Positions 46,999-56,440 of a stretch of DNA of 64,000 nt are shown piece by piece. The DNA comes from Thermoanaerobaculia bacterium (lineage in GTDB: Bacteria; Acidobacteriota; Thermoanaerobaculia; Multivoradales; J023). Position numbers and translations under genes: made by a program. Each line of letters begins with the position of its first letter. The first letter of the stretch is position 1. Location: NCBI GenBank assembly GCA_036397835.1, contig DASWIG010000100.1, forward strand, positions 67-64,066. The letters run 5' to 3'. The notes below the pieces were generated by a model. The model was given only the letters and a program-made list of their open reading frames with translations, was not told the DNA's origin and made no database searches.

Positions 46999-48780
46999 TC
47001 AGAAGCTCTTCTTGGTGCTCACCAGCCACTGGACGCGCTCGATCGAGTCGTCGCCGTCGAGCGGGAAGGCGACGTCGAAGTGGACGACGGAGCCGAGGCC
47101 CGAGCGGCTCGACGAGAGGCGCAGGCCGAAGCCGGCGTCGCGCAGCAGCCCGAGGTCGGGGGTGCGCCCTTCGCCCCAGGTGCGGCCGAGGTCGACGAAG
47201 ACCGCCGCGCTCACGTAGAAGAGCCGGAGGGGGTAGAAGTCGGTGAAGAACCGCTGCTCGAGCGACACCAGCAGGCGCTGCTCGCCGTCCTGGTAGCGCA
47301 GCGGGTAGCCGCGCAGGCCGCTGTCGCCGCCGAGCAGCAACTGGTCCTCGGGGTCGAGCTCGTCGACGGCGTCGAATTCCACGCGGGCGAAGAAGAGATG
47401 GGGACCGAAGTTGCGCCAGTAGTAGCGCGCGTTGCCGCCGAGGCGGACGTTCTCCCCCCCCGCCTTTCCCCAGCGGCCGCCGGCCGCGGCGGCGAGCAGC
47501 AGCCACTGCCGCTCGCCGAAACGGAAGCCGGCGCTGAGCCGGCCGTCGGCGATCGCCGCGTCGTGGGAGGCGCCGAAGGCCTGCGCGGCGTAGCCGAGGC
47601 GGACGCGGTAGTGGAAGCCGAGCGCCACGTCCTCGGTGCGGCCTATCTGGTCGAGCAAGTGCGCCTCCGCGTAGTCATCCCCCACGGACTCGAAGCCGAT
47701 CCACGGAAAGGCCAGGGTGCGGTCCGCCGGCAGGTCGACCGTCGCGTCGCCGGACTTCGGCCCGCCGGGAAAGCGGCGGGGACGCTCGCGCTGGGGCACC
47801 CGGCCGTCGCTCGAGCTCTCCTCGCTCGGCGGCCGGAAGGGGCCGCTCAGGCTCGTGAAGTGGTGCTCCTCGTAGGTCAGACCTGCGATCCAGCGCCGCG
47901 AGCGGCCCCCCACCAGGCCCGGGGACATGCCGCCGTTGACCTCGATGCGCCGCTCGCGGTGGCCGAACTGGTCGACGATCTCGCCGAGGGCGTAGACCGA
48001 CTCGATGCGGTTGTCGGTGAGGTACTGGAAGCCCGCGGACCAGCGGCTGTCAAGCGAGTAGAACGGCCGCGCCAGCTCGAGCTGGCGGGTGCCGCCGTCG
48101 CTCGAGTCGCCGTATTCGAGCTTGAAGGTCAGCCAGCGGCCGAGGAAGTTCTCCTGCTCGTAGCGCGCCATGAACACGTCGCGGTCGACGTCGGAGGTGT
48201 GCTTCAAGGTGACCGAAGCTCCCGTCCCCAGGACGTTGTGGTCCTGCAGCTTGGCGTCCGTCGAGCTGACGCCGCCGCTGCGCCCGATCGACAGGCCCGG
48301 CCGCAGCGTCCAGACGTCGCGGGTGCGCACCTCCACGTCCACCCGGTTGTGGCGGTAGCCCACCACCCGGATCTCGGCGTCGTACAGGTAGCGGTTGCGC
48401 CGCAGGATCCGCTCGGATTCGTCGAGGATCCGGCGCGAGAACGGATCCCCCTCCGCGAACAGGAGCTGCCGGCGCACCACCTCCGGACGCGTCGTCCGGT
48501 GCAGGCGGTTGGTCAGGCGGTAGATGCGGTTGTTCTCCCGCGGATCGTCCGCGTCGAACACGTCGTCCGTCACCACGTGGACGTCGCCGATCACCGCGCC
48601 GCGGCTCTCCAACACCTCGTCGTTCGGGATCGCCCCGGACCAGGCCGAGGCCCCCGGCGGCTCGGCGGCCACGCCCGCGGCTGCCACGAAAGCGGCCAAC
48701 GCCATGAGGCAGGCGCCCCCGGGTCGGTTAAGAGGATGGTTGCTCGAAAGCGGCATGGCCACGAAGCATGGCTGCTCCAT
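46999..48780 (-). CDS. Omp85-superfamily outer membrane protein (BamA/TamA/ShlB-type barrel with POTRA region); start M1 or M9 or M26
   Basis: C-terminal beta-signature ...SVVHFDVAFPL...VQWLVSTKKSF ending in Phe; alternating amphipathic strands with G/Y/R. Confidence 0.65.
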   Translation of the reverse strand: MEQPCFVAMPLSSNHPLNRPGGACLMALAAFVAAAGVAAEPPGASAWSGAIPNDEVLESRGAVIGDVHVVTDDVFDADDPRENNRIYRLTNRLHRTTRPEVVRRQLLFAEGDPFSRRILDESERILRRNRYLYDAEIRVVGYRHNRVDVEVRTRDVWTLRPGLSIGRSGGVSSTDAKLQDHNVLGTGASVTLKHTSDVDRDVFMARYEQENFLGRWLTFKLEYGDSSDGGTRQLELARPFYSLDSRWSAGFQYLTDNRIESVYALGEIVDQFGHRERRIEVNGGMSPGLVGGRSRRWIAGLTYEEHHFTSLSGPFRPPSEESSSDGRVPQRERPRRFPGGPKSGDATVDLPADRTLAFPWIGFESVGDDYAEAHLLDQIGRTEDVALGFHYRVRLGYAAQAFGASHDAAIADGRLSAGFRFGERQWLLLAAAAGGRWGKAGGENVRLGGNARYYWRNFGPHLFFARVEFDAVDELDPEDQLLLGGDSGLRGYPLRYQDGEQRLLVSLEQRFFTDFYPLRLFYVSAAVFVDLGRTWGEGRTPDLGLLRDAGFGLRLSSSRSGLGSVVHFDVAFPLDGDDSIERVQWLVSTKKSF

Positions 48781-48987
48781 TCGCGATTGTCAAGACCTTG
48801 ACACGTCGAGCGCAGAGGATAACAGAACCTCCCAGGAGCGCAAGGAATCTCCGCCCACCCCCTGGCCAGGCCGGCGCGAATCCGGTAAACTATCGGACCG
48901 GCTACGAGCGCCGACCACCCGGTCGCAACCCACGTCCAAGGAGCCCCAGGGCCGATCGTACCCGAGGACGGCACGGAGAGGAACGTC

Positions 48988-50964
48988 ATGGCGACTACCG
49001 TCGAATCCCCGCAGGTGGAAACCCACCAGTTCCAGGCCGAGACGCGAAAGCTGCTCGACCTGATGATCCACTCGCTCTACACGCAGAAGGAGATCTTCCT
49101 GCGCGAGCTCGTCTCGAACGCGTCGGACGCCTGCGACCGCCTGCGTTTCGAGGCCTTGTCGAGCCCCGAGCTGATGGCGGGCGACGACCCCCTCGAGATC
49201 CACCTCGAAGGCGACAAGGAGGCCCGCACGCTGACGATCAGCGACAACGGCATCGGCATGAGCCGCGAGGAGGTGATCGCGAACATCGGCACCATCGCCA
49301 AGTCGGGCAGCCAGGAGCTGATGGCCAGGCTGCGCGAGGCGCCGCCGACCACGGCCGAGCTCCACGAGCTCATCGGCCAGTTCGGCGTCGGCTTCTACTC
49401 GGCGTTCATGGCCGCCGACAAGCTCACCCTGGTGACCCGCCGCGCCGGCGAGGAGAGCGCCACCCGCTGGGAGTCGACGGGCGACGGCACCTACACCCTG
49501 GCGTCGGCCCAGCGCCCCGGCCGCGGCACCTCCATCACCCTGCACCTGAAGCCCGCGGACTCGGACGCCGGCATCGAGGACTACACCGAGCGCTGGACCG
49601 TCTCCCGCATCGTCAAGCGCTATTCCGACTTCGTGGCCTACCCGATCATCTTCCACGACACCAGGGAAGTGACGAAGGAGGAGAAGGACGAGGAGGGCAG
49701 AACGAAGGAGGGCGAGACCGAGACCGTCATCGAGAAGGTCACCCTCAACTCGATGAAGCCGATCTGGACCCGTCCGGCCGTGGAGGTCACCGAGGAGGAC
49801 TACGCCGAGTTCTACAAGCACATCTCCCACGACTGGAACCCGCCGATGCGGACGATGCGCTTCGAGGCCGAGGGGCGCATCGAGTACCAGGTGCTGTGCT
49901 TCATCCCCTCGGAGGCGTCCGAGGAGCTCTACTACCACGCCTTCGAGTACGGCCTGCAGCTCTACGTGCGGCGGGTCAAGATCATGGACCGTTGCGAGGA
50001 CCTGGTGCCGCGCTACCTGCGCTTCGTGCGCGGCGTCGTCGACTCCGAGGACCTGCCGCTGAACATCTCGCGCCAGCGGCTCCAGGAAGACCGGCACATC
50101 GCCCAGATCAGGAAGTGGATCACCCGCAAGGTCCTCGAGACCTTGCAGCAGGTGAAGAGCGAGGACGCCGAGAAGTACCTGGGGTTCTGGGAGCACTTCG
50201 GCCGCGCCATGAAGGAGGGCCTGACCGCCGACTTCGACAACAAGGAGAAGCTCCTGCCGCTGATGCTCTGGCAGTCCTCGGCCGACCCCGAGAAGCTGAC
50301 CACCCTCGCCGAGTACAAGGAGCGCATGCAGGAGGGCCAGGAGCACGTCTACTACCTCTCGGGCGAGTCGCGCGCCGCCGTCGACAGCTCGCCCCACCTC
50401 GAGGCCTTCAAGGCCAAGGGCTACGAGGTCCTCTACCTGACCGACCCGGTCGACGAGCTCGTGGTGCAGTACCTGCACGAGTACGACGACAAGCGTCTGA
50501 AGTCGGTCGGCAAGGGCGAGGTCGACCTCGAGGCCAAGGACGAGGAGGAGAAGAAGGAGCGCAAGAAGCAGCTCGAGGCCAAGCAGGAGAAGCACAAGGA
50601 CCTGCTGGACCTGATCCAGAAGAAGCTCGACCGCGAGATCAAGTGGGTGCGCTTCTCCGGGCGGCTGACGGCCTCGCCGGCGTGCCTGGTGGGCGCCGAG
50701 CACGACTACAGCCCGCAGCTCGAGAAGCTGCTGATGAAGGGCAAGGGCGGCGGCCCCAAGCAGCGCTGGATCCTCGAGCTCAACCCGGACCACGAGCTGC
50801 TCGTCAAGATGGAGGCGCGCTACGCGGCCGACAAGGAGGACCCGCTCCTCGGCGACTACGCCGAGCTCCTGCTCGGCTACGCCCAGGTCGCCCAGGGCTC
50901 GGAGCTCACCGATCGGGTGATCTTCAACCAGGCCCTGGCCAAGGTCATGGTCGAGCGGCTGTAG
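48988..50964 (+). CDS. htpG: Molecular chaperone HtpG (Hsp90)
   Basis: ETHQFQAETRKLLDLMIHSLYTQKEIFLRELVSNASDA...IGQFGVGFYSAFM...; full length 658 aa. Confidence 0.95.
   Translation: MATTVESPQVETHQFQAETRKLLDLMIHSLYTQKEIFLRELVSNASDACDRLRFEALSSPELMAGDDPLEIHLEGDKEARTLTISDNGIGMSREEVIANIGTIAKSGSQELMARLREAPPTTAELHELIGQFGVGFYSAFMAADKLTLVTRRAGEESATRWESTGDGTYTLASAQRPGRGTSITLHLKPADSDAGIEDYTERWTVSRIVKRYSDFVAYPIIFHDTREVTKEEKDEEGRTKEGETETVIEKVTLNSMKPIWTRPAVEVTEEDYAEFYKHISHDWNPPMRTMRFEAEGRIEYQVLCFIPSEASEELYYHAFEYGLQLYVRRVKIMDRCEDLVPRYLRFVRGVVDSEDLPLNISRQRLQEDRHIAQIRKWITRKVLETLQQVKSEDAEKYLGFWEHFGRAMKEGLTADFDNKEKLLPLMLWQSSADPEKLTTLAEYKERMQEGQEHVYYLSGESRAAVDSSPHLEAFKAKGYEVLYLTDPVDELVVQYLHEYDDKRLKSVGKGEVDLEAKDEEEKKERKKQLEAKQEKHKDLLDLIQKKLDREIKWVRFSGRLTASPACLVGAEHDYSPQLEKLLMKGKGGGPKQRWILELNPDHELLVKMEARYAADKEDPLLGDYAELLLGYAQVAQGSELTDRVIFNQALAKVMVERL
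50908..50962 (+). repeat. Left copy of the ~55-bp direct repeat (htpG 3' terminus); right copy at 56422-56476
   Basis: accgatcgggtgatcttcaaccaggccctggccaaggtcatggtcgagcggctgt versus accgatccggcgatcttcaaccaggccctggccaaggtcatggtccagcggctgt (3 mismatches). Confidence 0.85.
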
Positions 50965-51002
50965 ACGCGCTCAGCGCAGACGGCCTCGAGGCGGGGCGCG
51001 AC

Positions 51003-51190
51003 AATGACCATTGAGACGCGATGAACGCCCTTTCATCATGGGCTAACGTAAGTTGGCGCATGATGAGTGACGAGAAATCGCGGCTCAATGACCATTGAGA
51101 CGCGCCGGACGTGTCGTCCATCATGGGCCAATATCGTTGGCGCATGATGAACGGGGAGAAAACGCGCCTCAACGGCCATTGAAGCGTCCC
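51003..51190. repeat. About 2.2 tandem copies of an 84-bp repeat (CAATGACCATTGAGACGCG...TCATCATGGGC...TTGGCGCATGATGA), then a GC hairpin GGGCAGGCACGGGGGCCTGCCC
   Basis: Seen directly; each unit has an internal inverted repeat CATCATG/CATGATG; low GC. Confidence 0.75.
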
Positions 51191-51248
51191 CAGGGCAGGC
51201 ACGGGGGCCTGCCCCTACGCCGGACGGCCCGCGATCAGCATAGGGGGC

Positions 51249-51351
51249 TTGATCCTGATGCCTGTGATGCGCTATACTGGCGTCTGATGAGCATCAGATA
51301 GACGCATAGGACGCACAGACGACGCACCAAGACGCACAGACGACGCACCAA
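51249..51351 (+). promoter_or_regulatory. Sigma70-like promoter (TTGATC-18-TATACT), then a perfect 16-bp palindrome TCTGATGAGCATCAGA and two 21-bp direct repeats GACGCACAGACGACGCACCAA, just before the SD AAGGAG of the RHH gene
   Basis: Seen directly at 51249-51278 (promoter), 51283-51298 (palindrome), 51310-51351 (DRs). Confidence 0.5.
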
Positions 51352-51361
51352 GGAGACCGCC

Positions 51362-51574
51362 ATGCCCCGACTGACCATCGAGTTCCCCGAAGAGGGCGAC
51401 AGGATCCTGAGCAAGCTGGCCAAGGACGAAGACACCACCAAGCGCGAGGTGATCCGCCGCGCTCTGGCACTCTACAACTACATCCACAAGGAAGGCGTGA
51501 GGATGGGCGGCGGCGAACGCCGCCTGTCGATCACCGACAAGGACTCCAAGGTCGTCAAGGACATCATCATCTGA
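51362..51574 (+). CDS. Ribbon-helix-helix (CopG/ParD-like) DNA-binding protein
   Basis: MPRLTIEFPEEGDRILSKLAKDEDTTKREVIRRALALYNY is the beta-alpha-alpha RHH pattern; ATG after AAGGAG. Confidence 0.6.
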   Translation: MPRLTIEFPEEGDRILSKLAKDEDTTKREVIRRALALYNYIHKEGVRMGGGERRLSITDKDSKVVKDIII

Positions 51575-51614
51575 GAGCCTCCGTTCCGGAGGTGACGAGC
51601 AGGAGGGATTCTCC

Positions 51615-52040
51615 ATGTCGGAGCGAGGAGACGACGCCCCCAAGGTCCTCGAAGAGGACGACGCCGAAGGCCTGATCTTCGTACGGGACTTCCCGCCGAT
51701 CAGGACGCCGGACCCCGAGTCGTATCTGGAGTGGTCGGGCGTCCGGCAGATGACGATCGTGCTCGTGATCATCTGCGTCGCGGTCGTGGGCTTCCTGGCC
51801 GCCTGGGCGTTGACCGTGCCGACGATCGAGGACGTCCGCGCCCTCGCCGGCGGCGCCTCCCCCGCTGACCCGCAGGCCGCCGCCGAGCTCCTGGACGGCC
51901 TGCGCGAGGGACACATGAGTCGGTTCCGCGACCTGTTCCAGCTCCTGGTCATGTCGGCGCTGGTGCCGCTCTTCACGCTGCTCGCCGGCTACGTCTTCGG
52001 CAAGAGCAGCAGCGAGCGACGCCGGAAGCAGGACCCGTGA
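51615..52040 (+). CDS. Small 2-TM membrane protein (hypothetical), translationally coupled to the STAND gene
   Basis: TM1 MTIVLVIICVAVVGFLAAWAL and TM2 LLVMSALVPLFTLLAGYVF; GTGA overlap with the next gene. Confidence 0.5.
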   Translation: MSERGDDAPKVLEEDDAEGLIFVRDFPPIRTPDPESYLEWSGVRQMTIVLVIICVAVVGFLAAWALTVPTIEDVRALAGGASPADPQAAAELLDGLREGHMSRFRDLFQLLVMSALVPLFTLLAGYVFGKSSSERRRKQDP

Positions 52041-54940
52041 CGCCGCGAGCCACGCTCTACGTCGGTGTGGCCGTCCCGCTGGTCGAGGTCTTTCACCTGT
52101 GGATCGCCAAGGTCCCTCGGCACGACGATCCACAGGAACAGCAGCAGGCCCTCAAGTCGTTCCCACACCGCGAGATCGGCGCCTACGCCCTTCGTCCTGC
52201 CGGCGACCCGTCCTCGGGGACAGTCCCCGCGGCTCTGGCGTTTCGCACCGCGGCGACCGTGTCGCCCGAGCGGGTGCGTGAACGGATCGAGGCGTGGAGC
52301 GCCGAGCCGCCGGAGCTCGTGGCGAGCGACTCCACGCCGATCGCGCCCCTCGACCACCGCCGCTATCTCGACGAGCTCCAGCGTGCCCTGGAGGACAAGC
52401 CGGTGCGGGTGGTCCCGCGCATCGGTCTGACGCTCCAGCACCTGCAACGCGACCGGCTGGCACTGCGGCCCGAGATGGTGGCGCTCTTCTGCCACGGCAC
52501 GGACGAGGGATGTCTGCTGCTCGAGGACGGACGCGGCACAGCCGCGGTGACGCCCGGCGATCGCGTCCTGGGTGTTCTCACGCCGCGACCGCGGGTGACC
52601 GTCCTCGCCGCCTGCTACTCGGAGGCAGTGCTGAAGCGGGCGGCCGAAGACGGCGGCCCGGATGCCGCGATCGTCTCCGTGGACTCGGAGTCGGCGATCG
52701 AGGTGACGGCCACCGCCGAATTCCAGTCGCTGTTCTACGACCTGCTGCTCCAAGGTCGAACGGTGGGCGAGGCGTTCGACGCGGCGCAATCCTTCGTCGC
52801 CAACAGTGACGTGACGGGCGACCTCGCTTTCGCCAGAACCGCGCCCAGCCAGAAGCTGCGCATCAATCCCGCGGGCAGGGACGTCCGTCTCGACGCCGCG
52901 CCGGCGACCGCCGCTGAGCTCCCGCCGGAGCTCGTGACCACGCCCCATGCCCGCTCGCCGCGCATCCGCCGCGGGCTCGACCACTTCGTGGGACGCCGGC
53001 CTGAGCTCGCGGAGGTGCTGGACGCTCTGCTGCCGCTGCCTGCCGGCGTCCGTCGGCCGGGCGCCGGCGTCCGCCGGCTGGTGACGCTGACCAAGGAAGG
53101 CGGGATCGGCAAGACGGCGCTCGCCGCCCAGGCGTCGCAGTGGGCGACGGAACGCGGTCTCTTTCCGGGAGGCGTCGTCGAGATCTCATGTGAAGAGATC
53201 CCGGGGCCGGGTCAACTCCTCTCGCGCCTGCTCGCGACGTTCGGCGTGCCCGCCGAGAGCCAGCGCGGTGACCTCTTGGAGCTGCTCGCCGGGGTACTTG
53301 GCGCTCTTTCGCCGCGGCAAGGTCGGGTGCTGCTGGTGCTCGACAACCTCGACGACCTGGTCGGGAACCAGATGCCATTGGAGACGAACCGCGAGACGCA
53401 GGCTGTATTGGAGACGGCGGTGGCCGCGGCGCCTGAGCTGCGGATGCTGGCTACCTGCCGCTGGCCCTTGGGGATGGCGGAGGAGGCGGTGGTGGCGGTG
53501 AAGCCGCTCACCGACGGCGACAGCCGCGACGTCTTCATGTCCTACGTCGAGTCGCCTCAGCACGTCCTCGAAGCTCACCAGACCTGGCCGCAGGACGACA
53601 GCCCGGTCCGACAACTGATCCGGCTCTCGGGCCGTCACCCGCAGTCGCTGCGACTCCTGGCGCGTCAGCTCGGGCGTCATGGAATGACGATTGCCAAACT
53701 GCGCGACGAGGCATACGCGGACCTCCTTCCGGTGCTGACGGATCCTTATCGCCGTGAGGACGACGACGACCGGCAGCTCAAGGTGGAGCGTTCCTACGAG
53801 CTCTCCTACCGTCATCTCAGCGCGGAAGGTCAAGTGCTCTTCGCTCGGCTGGCGCGTTTGCCCGGGGGCGTGTGGTGCGGGGAGATGCCGGAGAACGTGA
53901 TCGGGTGGCAGGAGCTTCTGGGCGAGCAGTGGAAGGCGGTCCTTGAAAAGGAGCTCGACTACTACGCGCTGGTCCACTTCGAAGCGGACCCGTCGGGGAG
54001 GACGGAAGGATTCTTCCGCATGCTGCCGGCCATGGTGGAGCTCAGCCGGAGGAAGCTGGAAGAGCGGGAGGACGAGGAATGGACCGGCCGGTGGGTCGAG
54101 TTCTGGCGGCGGCGACTGAGCCTGTGGAATCAGATGCTCTCGGGGAAGGTACCCGAAGAGATGGGAGAGCTGGATCCTGATGGACGCGCCGCGGCCGGAG
54201 GTCGCCTTCGCAGCGTGGCGGCCATGCTGTTTGCCGGCACCCAGGCCAACTGGACGTCGCTTTTCGAGCTCGCTTGCGAGAACGATCCGAAGCTTGCGAA
54301 GTGGGTCCTGCTCAAAATCGTCCCCTTCACGCAGCTCACCGGCCAGCGATTATTGCGTCGGGATCTTGCCCGGAGAGCTGTGGTGGCGCTCCGCAGCGGC
54401 AATCACGAGCCGGAGCTGGCCGCCTGTCTGGGAACTCTCGGCTACGGGCAAAGCGATCTCGGCGAGCACGAGGCGGCGCAAAAATCCTACCATGAGGCGC
54501 TCGAAATCAGGAGGCGACTGGCCGCCCAGCACCCCGCCGCTTTCGAACCCGACGTCGCGATGACGCTCAACAACCTCGGCAATGTGCAACGCGCTCTCGG
54601 CGAGCGCGAGGCGGCGCGAAAATCCTTCCATGGGGCGCTCGAAATCTATCGGCGACTGGCCGCCCAGCACCCCGCCGCTTTCGAACCCAACGTCGCGATG
54701 ACGCTCAACAACCTCGGCACTGTGCAAAGCGATCTCGGCGAGCGGGAGGCGGCGCGCGAGTGCTATGCCGAGGCTCTCGGTATCTACGCTCCGCTGGCGG
54801 AGAAGTATCCCCGAGCCTTCGTCCATAACCTCAGGATCGTCCTGCGGGGATACACGTCGGTTACTCCCGAGTCCGAGGACGATCCCTGGTGGCGGCTTTG
54901 GCGGGAGCTCACCCGTCAGCCTGAGGACGCCCCGACCTGA
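52037..54940 (+). CDS. STAND NTPase: N-terminal CHAT (caspase-like) protease domain, NB-ARC-type ATPase, C-terminal TPR array
   Basis: CHAT His/Cys dyad context ALFCHGTDEG...RVTVLAACYSEAV...AIVSVDSESAIEV; Walker A LTKEGGIGKTALAAQ; Walker B VLLVLDNLDD; TPR units ...MTLNNLGNVQRALGEREAARKSF... Confidence 0.8.
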   Translation: MTPRATLYVGVAVPLVEVFHLWIAKVPRHDDPQEQQQALKSFPHREIGAYALRPAGDPSSGTVPAALAFRTAATVSPERVRERIEAWSAEPPELVASDSTPIAPLDHRRYLDELQRALEDKPVRVVPRIGLTLQHLQRDRLALRPEMVALFCHGTDEGCLLLEDGRGTAAVTPGDRVLGVLTPRPRVTVLAACYSEAVLKRAAEDGGPDAAIVSVDSESAIEVTATAEFQSLFYDLLLQGRTVGEAFDAAQSFVANSDVTGDLAFARTAPSQKLRINPAGRDVRLDAAPATAAELPPELVTTPHARSPRIRRGLDHFVGRRPELAEVLDALLPLPAGVRRPGAGVRRLVTLTKEGGIGKTALAAQASQWATERGLFPGGVVEISCEEIPGPGQLLSRLLATFGVPAESQRGDLLELLAGVLGALSPRQGRVLLVLDNLDDLVGNQMPLETNRETQAVLETAVAAAPELRMLATCRWPLGMAEEAVVAVKPLTDGDSRDVFMSYVESPQHVLEAHQTWPQDDSPVRQLIRLSGRHPQSLRLLARQLGRHGMTIAKLRDEAYADLLPVLTDPYRREDDDDRQLKVERSYELSYRHLSAEGQVLFARLARLPGGVWCGEMPENVIGWQELLGEQWKAVLEKELDYYALVHFEADPSGRTEGFFRMLPAMVELSRRKLEEREDEEWTGRWVEFWRRRLSLWNQMLSGKVPEEMGELDPDGRAAAGGRLRSVAAMLFAGTQANWTSLFELACENDPKLAKWVLLKIVPFTQLTGQRLLRRDLARRAVVALRSGNHEPELAACLGTLGYGQSDLGEHEAAQKSYHEALEIRRRLAAQHPAAFEPDVAMTLNNLGNVQRALGEREAARKSFHGALEIYRRLAAQHPAAFEPNVAMTLNNLGTVQSDLGEREAARECYAEALGIYAPLAEKYPRAFVHNLRIVLRGYTSVTPESEDDPWWRLWRELTRQPEDAPT
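54470..54745 (+). repeat. Near-identical (about 92%) 138-bp tandem duplication inside the TPR-coding region of the STAND gene
   Basis: 54470-54607 versus 54608-54745 align base-for-base with about 10 substitutions (EAAQKSYHEALEIRRRLAAQHPAAFEPDVAMTLNNLGNVQRALGER / EAARKSFHGALEIYRRLAAQHPAAFEPNVAMTLNNLGTVQSDLGER). Confidence 0.85.
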
Positions 54941-55065
54941 ACGGCACGCCGGAAGCGGCAGGGACCGTTGCGGCCCACCTTGCGGCTCATGCTCCGGACT
55001 CTACCATGGACACGAGCCGCGGATCGAAAATTGCACTTTCGATCCGCGGACGGTATCCTGGGCGC

Positions 55066-56289
55066 ATGTACCTGAGACGGACCCTTCAGGGCGCCCTCTC
55101 CCGGGCCGTGCGCGGCTTCCCGGCGGTGCTCGTCACGGGACCCCGTCAGTCGGGCAAGACGACGCTGCTGCGCGCCACCTACGGCGAGACGCACGGATAC
55201 GTCTCGCTCGAGAACCCCGACGTCCGCGAGCGAGCCCTCGCCGATCCGATCGGATTCCTCCGCGATCATCCCGCCCCGGTGATCCTCGACGAGATCCAGC
55301 ACGTGCCGTCGCTGCTCTCCTACGTCAAGACGGCGATCGACGAGGACCGTCGGCCCGGACGCTGGCTGCTGTCGGGATCGCAGAACTTCCCCCTCATGCA
55401 GGGGGCCAGCGAATCCCTGGCGGGACGCGTGGCGGTCCTCACCCTGCTGCCGCTGTCCGCGGGCGAAGCCGCGGGACGCCCAGGTCCCCGCCTCGGCCTC
55501 GAACAGATCCTGGATCGAATCCTCGAAGCCCGGCAGGCGCCCCGAGGACGCCGGATTCCGCTGGCGCGTTGGATCCTGCGGGGCGGCTATCCGGCACTCT
55601 GGGAGAAGCGCCGTCCCGACCGCAGTCTGTGGGCGGCAAGCTACATCCAGACCTATCTCGAGCGCGACGTCCGCAGCGTCGTGCGGGTCAACGACCTGGG
55701 CACCTTTCAGACTTTCCTGCGCCTGACGGCGGCCCGGACGGGCCAGATCCTCAACCTGGCCGACCTCGCCCGCGACGTCGGCGTCTCGCCCCCGACCGTG
55801 CGCCAGTGGCTGAGCGTGCTCGAGGCGAGCCACCAGATCTGCCTGCTGCGGCCTTACTTCGAGAACTTCGGCAAGCGCATGATCAAGAGCCCCAAGCTCT
55901 ACTGGCTCGACCCGGGCATCGTGACGTTCCTCGTGGGCCTCCACGACGAGGAAGCGGTATTGCGCGGCCCCATGGCGGGAGCCCTGGTCGAGACCGCGGT
56001 GGTCGCGGAGCTGATGAAGGTCTACCTGCACCGGGGCATGCCACCGACGCTGTGGTATTGGCGTACCCGCGACGGCTGGGAGGTCGACGTGCTGCTGGAG
56101 CGCTCCCAGCGGCTCCACCCCATCGAGATCAAGAGCACTGCGACGCCGCGGCCGGCGCACGCGGAGGGCCTCCTGCGATGGCGGGAGCTGGCCGGCAAGA
56201 AGGCGGGAGACGGCCTCCTGGTGGCGAACGTGGAGCGTCCCTCGGCGCTCGTTCCGGGCGTCCGAGCCCTGCCCTGGGACGCCATCTGA
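55066..56289 (+). CDS. AAA+ ATPase of the AAA_14/DUF4143 family
   Basis: VLVTGPRQSGKTTLL Walker A; PVILDEIQHVP Walker B; C-terminal DUF4143-like ...WEVDVLLE...IEIKS; start at MYLRRTLQ (55066). Confidence 0.75.
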   Translation: MYLRRTLQGALSRAVRGFPAVLVTGPRQSGKTTLLRATYGETHGYVSLENPDVRERALADPIGFLRDHPAPVILDEIQHVPSLLSYVKTAIDEDRRPGRWLLSGSQNFPLMQGASESLAGRVAVLTLLPLSAGEAAGRPGPRLGLEQILDRILEARQAPRGRRIPLARWILRGGYPALWEKRRPDRSLWAASYIQTYLERDVRSVVRVNDLGTFQTFLRLTAARTGQILNLADLARDVGVSPPTVRQWLSVLEASHQICLLRPYFENFGKRMIKSPKLYWLDPGIVTFLVGLHDEEAVLRGPMAGALVETAVVAELMKVYLHRGMPPTLWYWRTRDGWEVDVLLERSQRLHPIEIKSTATPRPAHAEGLLRWRELAGKKAGDGLLVANVERPSALVPGVRALPWDAI

Positions 56290-56296
56290 GCTCGAA

Positions 56297-56440
56297 TTGA
56301 CGGTGGTCGCCGCTTTCGAACCCGACGTCGCTGGCACGCTCAACAACCTCGGCAATGGCCTCGGCGAGCCGCACGGCGAGCTCTGCCGGCCGCGCGTCGA
56401 GGAGCTTGGCGAGGCAAGTCCACCGATCCGGCGATCTTCA
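56297..56440 (+). pseudogene. Remnant of a TPR-STAND gene (copy of the AAFEPDVA-TLNNLGN coding block) fused to the htpG 3'-end repeat
   Basis: 56310-56356 matches 54533-54582 (ccgctttcgaacccgacgtcgc...acgctcaacaacctcggcaatg); no intact ORF. Confidence 0.5.

Noticed and set aside
51283-51298. CUGAUGA as a hammerhead ribozyme core
   Set aside because: Only the CUGAUGA box is present, as half of a perfect DNA palindrome. There is no GAAA box or three-stem junction, so a protein operator is more plausible.
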